Shown: positions 61,963-64,000 of the stretch, in pieces
Position numbering within the stretch: position 1 is the stretch's first letter
Layout: every line of letters begins with the position of its first letter
Assembly (NCBI GenBank): GCA_904063045.1
Contig: CAJFCJ010000031.1
Span: 219,105-283,104, forward strand
Direction of reading: 5' to 3'
Origin: Dimorphilus gyrociliatus
Taxonomy: Eukaryota > Animalia > Annelida
DNA: 64,000 bases
Notes under the pieces: model-generated
The model's input: only the letters and a program-made list of their open reading frames with translations
What the model was told of the DNA's origin: nothing
Database searches by the model: none
Made by a program: the position numbers and the translations under genes

Positions 61963-63775
61963 TTTCTTTCTTAAATATTTTTTTTTACCGCCAAAAACAA
62001 AATATTAAAATGTGATTTTTTTTAAACGTCTACATTACTATACCGTAAAGTGCTCCTCGTTTTAGATTGTCTCTGAAGCTAATAAAAACCGTCAAGGCTT
62101 TTAATGTTTTTTTTTTAACCATCTTTGTTTTTAATATAAATTTGTTTAATTTATAATTAAATAATAATTAATTTTATCCAATTAAAAAAAAAAATGCCTT
62201 TCTCTATAAAACCTTTTTGTTGATAATTTTGCTTCTCCTACTATTTTTTATTTATTTAAAGGAGCAAAAGGAAGAGAAAAGTTTATGTAATATATTATCT
62301 AAAAGTAGTAAAGAAATATGCAGTTGTCATTACTCAATATAATGTATTATATGACTTTGAATGCAGTAGAAAAGGCGTTATAGGATTTAATATTTTGAAA
62401 AAAAATAGGAAAGAATGGATAAGTTTCTAATTAATTAACAAATATGGTCGTCTGTATAGTAGGAGAGAAACTAGTAAAATGATAGTGACAGTATATTTTT
62501 CGTATTCCCTTCGTATATAGTAACAAACAACGTAAAACAAAGAAAAAGACGTTTCTAGAATTTATCGCCTCTCTTGTTCAATTAATATAGAAACTCGTGG
62601 GAATTTTAAAGTAGAATATTTGCTGTATATATAAAGAAGAGAGAAGGAAAAGGGAACAAGAGCTTTCTTCTCTTAAACTGAAAAAATTTTTCAATAAGAA
62701 TTTCCCTCAATAGTTTGTCTACAAGGAAAAAAAAGACTGACAAACTAACATGTGTGTATAACTTTTAAGCCTATTACATTTATAATATATATTAATGCTA
62801 TCCATATATACAGACTTTATGTTAGACCAGCATTTGCAGTAATAACCTTTGATTGACTGTTTATAACGCAGTACAACAATGAAAATAACACCTACGGTTA
62901 AATATGGCCATTATTTCTTTTTCTTTCTTTCTTTCCCTCTCTTTTCTCCTTCTGGCTCTCCTTTCATGTTTTTTATTAACTTAAACGAGTAAGCCTATAG
63001 TATTGAAAAATTAAATGTAAAAACAATTGGAGATAATTTTAGTTACTAGTACAAAATAAAATACAGTGCTATATTTTATCAGTGTACACCTAATTGTGAC
63101 AATTTAATTAATCAACCGCCAGATGGCTGAACAAGTTCTAAAAATGTTACGATTATGTATCAATTGCGTCTTCCTGATTAAGTACAAAGAGAAAAATACA
63201 GATAATTAGTTCTTATTTTTAAACAATGGAAATACTTTCTGCAATTGACTATTGTTAGTAATCCAATATCTTAAGCTGAGCGCATGAAATGAAGAGAGCG
63301 GGAGGGGAGAATTGAAAGGAGGATATAACTAGCAAAAAGGAAGAAAGCTTCCATAGCGGTTTAATTAAAAAGAAAGATACGAATACCTAAGTCTGCTACT
63401 ACTAAAAGGTCCTGCTGTTTTCTAAAGTTTAATTAGAATTGTCTTAAAATGAATATAAAAAATGTTTGACAAACAAAACAAACAAAAAGAATATAAAATT
63501 TATACAGTTTCTGAAAATATATTTTCATAAACATATCAATAATTCAATAATTTAGTTCACTAAATATTTTTTTTGTGGACTAGTTAAAAATTGCTGAAAA
63601 GCAGAAAAAAAATAAATCAAGTTTGTTTGTAGTTTGTAAGCAAAATTCACTGATAAATGAATATTTTGGAGGTGAAAAAAACACAGCATTAAAACAGACT
63701 TATATATATATATATATATATATACTATACATATCTATATATAGATATGTAAAAGTAGTGTGTATATATATTAAC

Positions 63776-63994
63776 CTAACATAAAGAAAAAGAAAAATAC
63801 AAGCTGATCTTCTTTCGGCGATTAACTGCCACCTGAGGAATAGAGTAATAGAATTTTAATAGTATTAGGTACGTATTGGGAGCAAACATACTGTTTATTA
63901 TTTTCTGATCACTGTCCTCTTCATTTTCCAGCAGATTGAAGGAAGATGGTGACGAATTGTCTTTTAATCTATAAATAAAAAAAGCAACGTACAT
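63776..63994 (-). other. Possible terminal coding exon of an unidentified minus-strand gene whose body lies beyond the window end. Low support.
   Basis: An ORF-track ORF encodes ...IYRLKDNSSPSSFNLLENEEDSDQKIINSMFAPNTY. Its upstream end carries an acceptor-like TTTATTTATAG. No homolog was recognised. Confidence 0.15.
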
Positions 63995-64000
63995 AAATAT

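Overview
This is an AT-rich, compact eukaryotic (metazoan-type) locus. Genes use GT-AG spliceosomal introns of roughly 50-150 bp and there are many (GA)n/(TA)n/(AC)n microsatellites. It is not prokaryotic, and I see no CRISPR array, operon or mobile element. The phylum cannot be assigned from sequence alone.

Fourteen protein-coding genes were reconstructed by hand-splicing the ORF-track fragments against remembered family sequences: CDC50/TMEM30, neurofibromin, a small putative secreted prohormone-like gene, an unknown 184-aa protein, a PGAP4/TMEM246-like membrane glycosyltransferase, a zinc-dependent L-threonine 3-dehydrogenase, a minimal TET dioxygenase, UBE2M/UBC12, major vault protein, an STK32/YANK-type kinase, a BAZ/ACF1-type chromatin-remodelling subunit, an eIF4G-like factor, polo-like kinase 1 and CKAP5/ch-TOG.

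The most unusual content is a run of intronless or prokaryote-flavoured genes among intron-rich neighbours:
- a 394-aa intronless minimal TET 5-methylcytosine dioxygenase with all catalytic motifs intact;
- a bacterial/archaeal-type MDR L-threonine dehydrogenase that nonetheless carries six spliceosomal introns;
- an intronless 849-aa major vault protein;
- an intronless PGAP4-like gene.

Other points of interest are a candidate novel two-exon secreted peptide precursor, GCGCATGCGC (NRF1-like) palindromes at three promoters, a CGCCAGATGGC motif at two sites, an in-frame coding tandem repeat, and very tight head-to-head and tail-to-tail gene spacing. Exon coordinates are hand-derived and may be off by 1-2 bp; the 5' end of the eIF4G-like gene and the middle exons of the BAZ-like gene are unresolved.
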